In this document: positions 26,554-37,078 of the stretch, one piece after another
Layout: each line of letters begins with the position of its first letter
Numbering within the stretch: position 1 is the stretch's first letter
From: Rhizodiscina lignyota
Lineage: Eukaryota
DNA length: 64,000 bases
Assembly: GCA_010015805.1 (NCBI GenBank)
Contig: ML978123.1
Span: 1,240,001-1,304,000 of the forward strand
Direction: 5' to 3'
Program-made: the position numbers and the translations under genes
The notes under the pieces: generated by a model
What the model saw: the letters and a program-made list of their open reading frames with translations, nothing else
What the model was told of the DNA's origin: nothing
Databases searched by the model: none

Positions 26554-27804
26554 TCACAACGCAGACTTCTTGCCCACAAATACATGGTCCAGTCCTCCTT
26601 CACTATCTTTCCCGGCCCCGCCTCCTTCTGGTGATGCCTCGTCATCTTTTGAATTGGTCTCTGTTTGCGGTGTCCCTCGCAGGGCTTCCTGGCCATTAGA
26701 CTTTTGCTCCGACTCCGCTTCCGTTGTCTTCGCGCTTGATCCTTCTGTTGCCTTCTCTGCGATCTTTTCCTCCTTCTGACCCAGATGCTGGTTCAGAGCT
26801 TCTTCGTGCCCTTTGGTGATCTTCAGGGTCTCATCGACATCCTTCGTCAACTTGTCGATCTCATCTTGTAATTTCTCGTCCTTAGTTCGCGACTCCTCGC
26901 CTTCCTGTTTGCCGAGTTGTTCAGCTGCTACCTTCGGCACCGTCTTTGCCCACATCTCCTCCAGTTCCTCCAGCCACCCACAGGCCTCTGCCAGCTTCCG
27001 GACTCCATCGTCACAGTTTCCGAGAATCACCACGTCATCGCTCCGACTGCCTATGCCGCCCACTCTCTCCAAGTTGATCAGGACTCTTGGAGTACCCTCG
27101 CCTACGAATTGTGGCAGACTCGCAAATGGTTGCACTGTCAGGCTAGTGCCCATGATAATCGCCAGATCGGCTTCGGCAGGCTTCGTACGGTTTTTGAAGA
27201 AGCTCTCAGGGAGCTGTTCCCCGAAGAAGACTATGTCTGGCTTTACCAGTCCCAGGCAGCTTTCGTCTTGACAGTGCGGCACATCCTTGGTCTTGATCAT
27301 CTCCTTCATGTCCTCGTCTGGATATGGTCGCTTGCACTCGATGCACCGCTGGGCCGCGAAGCTTCCATGCGCCTCCACAATCTTGTGTCCAGGGACGCCG
27401 GCCTCTCGTTCGAGGCAGTCGATGTTCTGCGTGAAGAGCATGTGCAGAAGTTCTTTCTTTTCCAGCAAACTGATGAAGCTATGCGTAATAGTAGGCCTGT
27501 ATTTGCCTGGGTAGAGTTCGTGCGCAAGAGTGTAAAAGGGATATGGATTGCCCCTGAAGTAGCTGATATCGAAGACCGCTTCAGCATATGGTAAGTTGAG
27601 CCGCGCCAGGTTCGCATATAATCCAGTGTCCGGAGAGCGAAAGTCTGGTATACCGGCTGAGGTTGATATGCCCGCCCCTGTCATGACTACAATGCGCTTT
27701 GCTTTTCCATCCTTGATATACCTGGCGACCCCGTCGATTGTCCTAGTTTCCAAGGTCTCCGGTGGGACTGTCTCGTCTACGGGCGAAGAAGCGTCTTGGC
27801 CCAT
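26554..27804 (-). CDS. HST2: NAD-dependent deacetylase, Hst2/SIRT2 class
   Basis: GAGISTSAGIPDFRSP, FTQNIDCLE, HGSF, CxxC...CxxxxC zinc ligands, KPDIVFFGE, GTSLTVQPFASL. Confidence 0.95.
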   Translation of the reverse strand: MGQDASSPVDETVPPETLETRTIDGVARYIKDGKAKRIVVMTGAGISTSAGIPDFRSPDTGLYANLARLNLPYAEAVFDISYFRGNPYPFYTLAHELYPGKYRPTITHSFISLLEKKELLHMLFTQNIDCLEREAGVPGHKIVEAHGSFAAQRCIECKRPYPDEDMKEMIKTKDVPHCQDESCLGLVKPDIVFFGEQLPESFFKNRTKPAEADLAIIMGTSLTVQPFASLPQFVGEGTPRVLINLERVGGIGSRSDDVVILGNCDDGVRKLAEACGWLEELEEMWAKTVPKVAAEQLGKQEGEESRTKDEKLQDEIDKLTKDVDETLKITKGHEEALNQHLGQKEEKIAEKATEGSSAKTTEAESEQKSNGQEALRGTPQTETNSKDDEASPEGGGAGKDSEGGLDHVFVGKKSAL

Positions 27805-28580
27805 CTTTCCGAACTTGCCTCGCCCTCTCCTGTTCTTGCCTTTTGGTTTGGTTCCGCGCTGGCCTTGAAAATTGCCGTTGACGCTGAAGTCGAAGTCGTA
27901 TTCGTAATCCTCTACGTCGGCAGGCTGCCGATGTGCTTTATTTTTGCGTCCAATCTTGAATGTGTCTGTAGGAAAGGAAGATTATTGTTAGACTAGTAGC
28001 CGGCCTTGTCCGCAAAGTTAGCGTGTTGGTGAAAGTCAGCCTCTTCGCCCAGTGGAATCCACTCAAAATCGACGAATCCCAGCAGAGCAACGATATGTCG
28101 CGTGTTTCTATGCGTGTTTCTAGGTCTCCGCAAATATGGTGAAGCTGACGATGAAGAGGGTTCGAATGTGTTACAAATTGTAACGGGGCAAAATAATTGT
28201 GAGTCGTGGACTTGGCGGGGTATCAGGGAGTGTTAGTAAAGAATACGATGGAACACTGAGGGTGTTGACCACGGAAATGCTGGAAAGTAGTGTAGGCCTA
28301 AGGGCCGGCCGGAGTCGAAGGTGTATGCTAAACAGAGATTAGAGCCAACTAGGGAAAGGGTAATTCATATGGTGCCACGCGTGAGCCTCGTGAAGACGAA
28401 ACAGCGGGGTGCGTCGCCGTGAAGGGCATATGACATCAGTTGCGTCCGGATGGGGCTTCGCGACCAACCTTTGCGCCGGCAGCCCAACCTCTCTAGATTC
28501 CTATCGTACGCTCGTCAAGACCTGTTACACGCCTTAAACTTGCTTCTGAGCACCCTTCCTTCGAGTTTCAGCTCACCGCA

Positions 28581-30038
28581 ATGTCCGTAACCGGCCTCAA
28601 TCCCACGCAAAGCGGCACCGGCTTCCTCAGGTACTTCCTGCTCCCCTCCGGAGGCGACTCCGCGCATAAGACGAGACGAAACGAAAAAGCTAATTGAGCT
28701 CAAACAGCTTCAATTCACTTCCGCCGCGACTTCACATTACCGCCGAACCCGACACGGAAGAAGAATTCGACGAGGTAACCATACAGCACTGGCGGGATGA
28801 GGGTATGGCTTCTACCCGAATTTGCGCATTTCACAAGCACAATCGCAAACCCCGACGCAAAAAGGATACCTGCTAACATAACTTCTAAGGTTACGATGTG
28901 ACATATCTCCCCCTTGGAGAAGGTGGGAAGGCGTACGCTGAGAAACTGAAGGGACTCGTCGATGACCTAGGTATCCAAGCTCACCCTCCCTTTACATATG
29001 TTGGACGACTATTGCTCATACTATTGACTCCTAGAGCTTGGTGAATCATATGCGATAATTGCTTATGGCGATGCTGCTACAATCTGCCTCGATGTTGCTA
29101 CAAAACCTATGCCGCATCTCTGCGCGCTCATCTGCTACTATCCAACCGTCATTCCCCATCCGAAAGCCAAATATCCCACGCAGCTCAACCTCACAACGCA
29201 TCTCACGGCCTCACAAGATTTCGCGCCGACGTTCAAATACTACACTTATGATGGAGTGGAACCTGGGTTTGCGGAGCACGACTGCGACGAATTCGACCCA
29301 GTCTCTGCCGACCTGGCGTGGTCAAGGAGTCTAGCTGCGGTGAGGAGGGGATTCAAGAGAGAGGCGGACCTGGAGGGCACTTGGGAGACACATCTCGGAT
29401 TGCTATATCATCAGAGAGATGCAGCTGGAGCGGCCGGCGCGATGACGACAGATTCGTCAGTCGCTTATGTTCCAACCCTCACTGGCGCCAGTGGACAGCG
29501 CGCGTTGTACCGTTTCTACAAGAACTTCTTCGTGCCATCGAATCCGCCGAGTTTCCGCATGAGGCTGCTGAGCAGGACGCTTGGAACCGATAGAGTAGTG
29601 GATGAAATGATTGTCTCCTTCAAACACGACAGAGAGATGGCTTGGATTTTACCAAATACTCCTCCGACACATAAAAATGTCGAGATTGCGATGGTCAGCA
29701 TTGTTGCAGTAAGAGGAGGAAGGCTGGTACATGAACATATGTATTGGGACCAGGCCAGCGTACTGGTGCAGATTGGGCTCCTGGATCCGAACGCTGTTCC
29801 GGGACATATGAAGAAGCAAGGCATGAAGAAGCTACCAGTCGTTGGTGCAGAAGGTGCAAGGAAACTCGTTAGTCCAGAATCTGTGGAGAGTAATGCTCTG
29901 CTGCCAAAGTGGAAGGAGATCGAGGCAAAAGCAAGTCGAAGTGTCTCGATAATTGGCGGCCGGAAAAGTAGCACGCAGATCAATGGTGGTGCGAATGGAG
30001 TAAACGGTGCGAGTGCGAAATTAAGCGCAACAGCCTAA
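28581..30038 (+). CDS. Carboxymethylenebutenolidase-like protein (degenerate dienelactone hydrolase domain plus C-terminal SnoaL/NTF2-like domain); 4 exons
   Basis: Spliced ...FDEVTIQHWRDEGYDVTYLP...YAIIAYGDAA...LCALICYYP...FAEHDCDEFDPVSADLAWSRSL. C-terminal LLSRTLGTDRVVDEM...WILPNTPPTHKNVEI...HEHMYWDQASVLVQIGLLDP. Confidence 0.8.
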
Positions 30039-30166
30039 TCGCAGTCGGCCTCATCTCGGAATGGAGTTTGGAAGTTCGAGGCGTATTTTTGATTTCGTAA
30101 CATAGTGTGTTGGGTATTTAAATTCCGTATACCAGAAGGCAATTACTTGATGTCTCAGCATCTCAT

Positions 30167-31426
30167 TCAATCCACAAGTCTGCATATTGGGAGTCGATAT
30201 GTCTCCACCCTCCAGCGAGGTTCGTTTCCTGTCCCATGCCCTCCATCAGGTATGTCAGGCACAGGGATATGCTCCCACTCAGTGTCGAAGCTTGCTTCAA
30301 ATAGATCCATCTCCAGGATTTTCGTGTAGACATCGTACATCACTTGCCTCTCAGCTCCCACGCCGTGGAAGAAGGTCAACAGTCCTCCTTGGCCATCCTC
30401 CCCACCCTCGGTGGCAAGCAGCTGCTCTGCCCACTCTGAGAAGAAAGTCCGCAATTCTCCGTATCGCAGAGCATGTCCGGAGGTGCTGAAATATATCGCA
30501 TCGAAGCTCGCGTCGGGCCATCCTTCACTCATGAATTGAGGAAGCAGACCCGTCCACGCATCTCGATGGATAATGACACCCTGGTCCTCCTTATTAAGCC
30601 AGCCAGCGTTTTGTATAGCTTGAAATATAGTAGGATCAGATGCAATGACATGATGTTTTGCTGGCTGTCGGAGTTGCAATGCAGAAAGCAGGTCTAAAGA
30701 CGGCTCCACTGACAGAAGCCGCAGATCTGATTTTGGAAGCACAAGTTCGGCCGTGCGGGTCCATATTGATTTGAGAAGTGCCTCATTCGACAGCAACGCA
30801 TTCGAGGGCACCGTGAATGTCTCCGCAGCGGCTACAACAGCGTCATTCATGTCGTCTGCAGCACTAGTGTCGAACTGCACTGGGTCATCACCTCCTGCAG
30901 TGCCTGGCCCTTCCGCAGCTTCATCCTTTTCTTCTTCTGCTTCATCGTCAAGCAAGACCTCGTACTGATCCAACCTAGTGAGCAACAATTCAGCTCTTAC
31001 GCCTTGATCCACAATCATCTCATATATCTCTTTCAGGCCGAGTCGGCGCGCCATACAGCCAGGCGTCTCGCCATTAGTGTCAACTTCATTCCATGTTGCA
31101 CCATGCTGGAAGAGGAAGCGGACAGTCTCAGCTGCATCTGCGAGTGCTTTGTCACGTTCACTCCCGCTGTCGTTGGTGACTTCAGCGCCGTTGGTTCCAT
31201 TTACGGTACCATTCGCTTCTCCGTTAGTATCCACTAACTCCGGTTCGTCGAGCTCGCAAGAAGCAATCGCAGCATGTAAAGGTGTAAACCCTGTCTCTGA
31301 GTCTCGAACGTTCGCGTTGGTATTGCGAAGAAGAGCACGGAGCTTCGGGATGTCGTGCTGGGATGATGCGAGGAGGATTTCTTGCGTTTGGATATCGACG
31401 TCCGGCATGAAAGCTGGATCGGTCAT
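30167..31426 (-). CDS. RMT2: Rmt2 (ankyrin plus arginine methyltransferase fold) homolog with degenerate SAM-binding motifs
   Basis: Ankyrin GFTPLHAAIA and WNEVDTNGETPGCMARRLG...GVRAELLL, and C-terminal FFHGVGAERQVMYDVYTKILEMDLFEASFDTEW...WRVETYRLPICR, are typical of fungal Rmt2. Confidence 0.88.
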   Translation of the reverse strand: MTDPAFMPDVDIQTQEILLASSQHDIPKLRALLRNTNANVRDSETGFTPLHAAIASCELDEPELVDTNGEANGTVNGTNGAEVTNDSGSERDKALADAAETVRFLFQHGATWNEVDTNGETPGCMARRLGLKEIYEMIVDQGVRAELLLTRLDQYEVLLDDEAEEEKDEAAEGPGTAGGDDPVQFDTSAADDMNDAVVAAAETFTVPSNALLSNEALLKSIWTRTAELVLPKSDLRLLSVEPSLDLLSALQLRQPAKHHVIASDPTIFQAIQNAGWLNKEDQGVIIHRDAWTGLLPQFMSEGWPDASFDAIYFSTSGHALRYGELRTFFSEWAEQLLATEGGEDGQGGLLTFFHGVGAERQVMYDVYTKILEMDLFEASFDTEWEHIPVPDIPDGGHGTGNEPRWRVETYRLPICRLVD

Positions 31427-32013
31427 CGTCCCCTATGAAGCTCGATTTTTCGAGCCCCTCTTTGCTATGCCATTGTGATTTGCGGTGTAGCTCCAGCCGC
31501 GTCAGGGCGTCTGACGTCGATATTCAAGGTTCTAAGGGGGTTTCTTATCTCCACGTGCTGATAAAGCGCACGTCCTGCTAAAAGCACCACGTCTCGTCAC
31601 GACAAAGTGGTCGTGGAGAGATTAGCTACATTATTCGTGTCAATTGCATCGAATATGCATGTAGCTGAGCAAGATCACTGCTTTGCTATCAATTCCCTAG
31701 CAAAGACACGGGAAGAGGTTCAAATTGAGGCGCGCCAGTAATGAGATCTAGAAACTTCGGAGTTAATGCGGAAACATCCAGCGAAGCGACAGGGAGCAGC
31801 GAGGAGGTTAATAATTTGAAATCCACATTTACTCCGTAGTGGGGCACTGGACTTTGACGTGCTTCGATATAGCTTACCCCTCCACGCCCTCCCAGGAGAT
31901 CCTAATTCGGCATCGCCGACGGCACTTCTGAGATTCTCAACTCTCAATCTTCCGTCTTCCTTCCACAACTCTGAGAGAGTGTTCTAGCATCGATTTCACT
32001 TCTTCTGGTCAAT

Positions 32014-32949
32014 ATGGCATCCAACCCTCCAGGAAGATGTTGCACGATCGGTGTCAAGCATGAAGGCGAGGCCGTAGGGGAGATGGGCAAGATTGGCGAT
32101 TGTGAGCGTGTTTCTTTCCTTTCCCACGTCAAAGCTGATGCCCGCGCTGATGATTGGCGATTGCGTAGTCGAGACCTATTTCTCGTATCCTGAGGACAAG
32201 TCGACGACCAATGCCATCCTCCTCGTCACCGACGTGCTTGGCCACGGGTTCATCAACGCTCAACTCATTGCGGACCAATTTGCCGCCAATGGGTACTTCG
32301 TCGTGATGCCGGATCTCTTCTATGGCGATGCTATCCCGCTCAATCGCCCCGAGGGCTTCGATATCATGAAGTGGATGAAGCCGCACGGCCCTGACAGCGT
32401 CGACCCAATCATCGCGAAGTCTCTCGAGGAGATGCGCGGCAAGTACGGCTGCAAGAACATCGGTGGCGTTGGTTACTGCTTCGGCGCGAAATACGTCGTG
32501 CGGTTCCTCAAGAAGGGAAAGATTGACGTGGGATATTCTGCGCATCCCAGTTTCGTCACTGCCGACGAGCTCAAGGCCATTGAAGGCCCTTTTGCCATTA
32601 CTGCTGCCGGTTAGATATGCCCGTCGAATATGCTTATTATTTTGGCCGGAGCAAACAGCTGATTTGACTGCTCACCAGAAACCGATCACATCTTCCCAGC
32701 CGAGAAGCGTCACGAGTCCGAGGTGATCCTCAAGGACACCAAGCTCCCATATCAGATCTTCCTCTTCAGCGGCGTCGAGCATGGCTTTGCGGTGCGTTCC
32801 GATATTACCCAGCGACATATCAAGCTGGCCAAGGAGCAGGCCTTCTTGCAAGCCGTGCATTGGTAAGTATCCCTCCAGTATGATCTTGCCTATCAAACAG
32901 AAATTGTCTGACGTATTCTCTTAGGTTCGATGAATTCGTGAAGTCGTGA
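32014..32949 (+). CDS. Dienelactone hydrolase family protein (AIM2-like); 4 exons
   Basis: MASNPPGRCCTIGVKHEG, NAQLIADQFAANGYFVVMPDLF, nucleophile elbow GVGYCFGAKY, ETDHIFP, SGVEHGFAVR (Cys-Asp-His triad pattern). Confidence 0.92.
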
Positions 32950-33908
32950 GTGAACCGTGTTCTTTGGTCGTTGCTGTGAAAAGCGTTGCTATATGGAATG
33001 AAGAGAAAATGTTGATGGCATGTGTTTCATTAGTGCCGTCAAGCCCAATCTGTAGACGATGAGGGAGATTGTACAGGTCAAGCAGTGGTACAGTTATGAT
33101 AGAAATCCAGCTAGGTCCATCAATTTTGATGATTTTGCTGAAACATGAGATGAAAATGTAATTGCCATCTGAAAGCGACGGCACTTGCCATATGTGAAGA
33201 AAGCTCCCCAGAATTAACTAAACTCTGACACGGAGATGACAGAGCGACTGTAAGACAATTCCATAACATTGTCACTCTAAAATCGATCTTTGATGATTAC
33301 TATGGTCGTCGGATTCGATTTGACGATTGAGAGACGGAGTCCTGATTTATGTATTGTCGTACGAGAGGCGTGCTCCAGATGTGACCAGTCATACGATAGT
33401 TGCGGAATCGGATTCATAAGAAAGTCAGCACACCAAAGTGCTCTATTTCATTGGTCAGATCGACTCTCGAAACCAGGATGCAAGCCGACTAATGGCCATA
33501 ACAGGAAATCTAACGAGTACTCCGCGACTCCGGACCGAAATGCGCTGTATGCGATACGTGCTTCTTTGAGAATAGGCGGCAGATTTAAGAGTTTCCATAT
33601 CATTGATCGGCCTGCCAGCCGAGAACCGACGGTTGAAGAAGCTGGGTTTCAAACACGCTGGAAGCGGGAGAAATATCCCTAGCACCTGGAGGAATGATAC
33701 TCCCATGGATTGTTAGAGGTCTTAATGCTCTGCATCACTATTCGGGTGCTATATATACACTATATACTAGGATTATCCTAAGAACTGCTCACGTTCCAAA
33801 CTCTCAATCCCAAAAATGCCATGCCACTGAGGGCAAAATAACGCCTTCTCCCATGCGAACAGGCTCAAAGGTAGCCTACGTAAATGCTCAAAATGCCAAC
33901 AAAAAGGA

Positions 33909-35770
33909 TTAGACCATCATTCCAACAACAGCAGCCACGACAAGCCCAAACAGACTCGCCCTCCCATCTACAGCCACAGGAGCGGCACCTGTAAACTGCG
34001 CTGGTGATGCGGTGCTGCTGCTAGTGCTGCTACCCGTAGGGCTTTGTCCTCCAGGGCCTCCCAATCCACTCATTATCGCCCCGCCGAGTCCACTGCTAGT
34101 TTCGGCAGCTCCAACTGGGAAGGATATAGGAACGCTGCTTTGTACAGCGCCACCGAAGGCGCCACCGCCATAGCCGATGACCGCCTCCGTCACCGAAGAG
34201 GAGCCAGATGATACGACAGTGAGGCGAACAGGTGTACCTTGTACGTTGACGCGAGCACCGTCCAAAGCAATGGTGTGGCCGTCCGCGATGATTGCCGGGA
34301 TTGAAGTTGCGTGGCCATTTACAGTTGTAGCGACAGCGGTAGGAGTGACAGGCACATTCGAGTGGCCGACGACGATGGCAGGGCCTGAACCTTCGGACGA
34401 TGATGATCCCCCATTTCCACCTCCATTGCTGTTGCTACCACTTCCACTTTGGCTGTCGCTTCCAGAGCTTCCACTTGAAGAGCTTCCGCTTGAAGAGTCG
34501 CCATTCGAACCCCACGCACCTCCATTATTTGATTGACCACTCCCACTTCCTTCTCCTGAGCTTCCACTGGACGAGCCTCCACTGGACGAGCTTCCACTGG
34601 ACGCGCTTTCACTGGACGAGCTTCCACTCTGGGAGCTCCCACCCCATTGTCCACTCTGGGAGCTTCCGCTTCCTTCACCATTGTGACCGCTAGATGATCC
34701 ACTATTCCCAGAACCATGGTTTCCAATGATTGAAGGAATGAGGCCACCTAGAGCTCCACCAAGTCCTTTTGATGTTGTTTTTGCGGGTGGTGACCCTCCT
34801 CCTCCATACCCATTGCTTTCTGGCAGTCGCGTTGGCGAACCCGTTGGGATGTTGACGTGACTCGTGGTCGTCGATGTTAGGTATTGAACGCTTGTATGTG
34901 TTAACGGGCTCTGACTTGATTCCGGACCAGGTACAGAGAAAGATGGAGCGGAGGCCTCTGGCGCGGTTATAGCAAATGTGCAGCTTGCGACTGGTGCTTG
35001 AGCAGAGAACTGCGTTTGGTACCAGGATATGAAGGAAGAGGTGTCAATATCGTCGGCACCAAATTCGGCGGGAACGAGAACGTGGTAGCTTCCGAGCCGA
35101 TCGCCTGTAGAATTCTGGATGAGTGAAGTCGGGATGGGAAACGAAGGATGCGAAGGCGGGACGATCGTGTCAAAGTCGAAAGTTTTGCAGACTTTGCCGG
35201 TGGAGAGATGGCCATCTTGAATCGTATAGTTCGCGCCATAGTCGATGAAAGGAGTTGGCCAGGTTATCACTGTTGTAACAGTACTTCCTGGCCCTCGGTC
35301 TATGGTCAGTGTCGTTCTTGCTGGCTTTCCGGGCGTTGGATAGTTCGCTGTGACACTGGGGTGGGCGTATTCGGTGCTTGTTGAGGTCTGATTCGTTGCA
35401 TTGTTGACAATATAAATCAACGTTGCAACAGTCACATCGGTCGTGGTCGAAGCATTGTAGAACACCGAGGACCATGTATATTCAACGATATCTGGGAATT
35501 GGATATCACATTCTGCGGCGCACGACGAGTTGCTGTAGCCTCCTGGACGACCACTGGGGCTGATGGTTGTGATCGGCGGCGCCGTTGCTGTTGATGCTAT
35601 TATAGTAGTGGCTAGAGACCGAGCATAATTAGTGACTCGACAACTCTATCGCGCCTGGGGGTTCCAAGATATTCGAAAGGGAACATACAGCGAGCGGTAA
35701 CATTCGAAGCGAGTAGTATGAGATTCAGCACCCTCCAAACAAGTGTCCGGGAAACCGATATTGATCCCAT
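33909..35770 (-). CDS. Secreted, probably GPI-anchored Ser/Gly/Thr-rich cell-surface protein; 2 exons
   Basis: Exon 1 gives the signal-peptide-like MGSISVSRTLVWRVLNLILLASNVTAR. A GTATGT...TAG intron joins it in frame to the long ORF. The protein has a Cys-containing N-domain, an S/G low-complexity stalk and a C-terminal QFTGAA...SLFGLVVAAVVGMMV GPI-signal-like tail. Confidence 0.85.
34555..34670 (-). repeat. Coding 15-bp imperfect tandem repeats (GSSSS-type units)
   Basis: Recurring gagcttccactggac units on the + strand at 15-bp spacing. Confidence 0.7.
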
Positions 35771-36689
35771 CGTTCTGGGTATCACGTCACGCGACGCTTC
35801 GTCTCTTTACTCCCGTCCAGCAGCAGTTGATGAATACTCCGACATGAAGCAAGCGAGTGACAGTCAAGTGTTTTCAAGATCGGAAGATCAAGAAGGAGAT
35901 TGACGGCTAAGTCTCAGCCTCCATCGCCGGTCGCCATCTCTACCTTGGTTTGCCCCAGCAGCAAATCCCTTTCACGGGCCATAGGAAGCCCACTGTTCCT
36001 GTTTGAGCGAGTTTTGGGGTTTGGTGGCTTATTATTAGAGCGGAGGCGGTGCTGTTGGCCGCAATGTCGTCCAATCATACCACCTTGTGCCCTTTCACCC
36101 TGCAGTAGAACCTTGGCACTTCCATTATGTAAGGAGAAGTGCGGCTGTCCTGCAGCAAAATCCTTTGCGGGTGGTCTCCCGCTAGAGAACGACCGACGGA
36201 TTCGACTTGCTGGGATGGATACGAGACTTCTGAACTGCACTTGCAAACCGGATGGATGACGTAGATTGGTTCAAAAGAAAGCCTCAAAGGGAACTGAAAC
36301 AGGAGATATGAAGAATTTATACTGTAGAAGACTCTATGAAGCGACACGGAGTGAAATCTGACCTTGCTGATGGAGAATGCCCCTGTCCTTGCCGGATCTC
36401 GATTTACGCCACACGGTGCCTTGCTTAACCGATGTAGCCGTAGCCGTATGTACCGCCATGTTTGTTTTGCCTAAAGAAAACTGGGAGAGGCCAACAATCG
36501 CAATGCAAACTATCACATTGGACCGAGCTTTCGACTAAAATTATCTGCTGGATAGTGGATGAAGAGGCTTGGTATTTATCAAGAAGGTGGCTAGTAAAAA
36601 CTGGAAAACAGAGAACACAGCTCTCTCGAAGTCCACGAGGGCACTAAGACATATAGTCGGGAACCTGGTAAAGATACTCTACCACTCGT

Positions 36690-36781
36690 CAACAATATAC
36701 TGACAATACAGTCAATAATATACTCATAATACAGCCAACAATATACTCATACTACAGCCAACAATATACTCATAACATAGC
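36690..36781. repeat. Intergenic 23-bp minisatellite, 4 copies
   Basis: caacaatatactgacaatacagt / caataatatactcataatacagc / caacaatatactcatactacagc / caacaatatactcataacatagc. Confidence 0.85.
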
Positions 36782-37078
36782 CAGCCTCCTAAGTAAAGCC
36801 AGTCGAGAGCTATTCTCCTCTCAAGGTGCGGTCGTTGCTCTCTGTCCTTGTATCCGCCTCTAGTCAAATTTCAAGATCAAATCGTTGTCGAACAGTGGTG
36901 ATGGACAACGCATCAGCTCAGTTCAAAGACGCGTTCATATTCCAAATATGCCCTCCCTGGAAGAGCTCTACACCAGGATCTTGAGAACCCCATTTATGAA
37001 GCTTGCAAATGCAATTTGGCGCATTCCAAGCGGTAGCGAAAAGCATGGATATATCCGAAAAGGTTGCAAAAAGTCGCC

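Noticed and set aside
36690..36781. CRISPR-like appearance of the 23-bp repeats
   Set aside because: Units are contiguous with no spacers, the genome is eukaryotic, and no cas genes are present.
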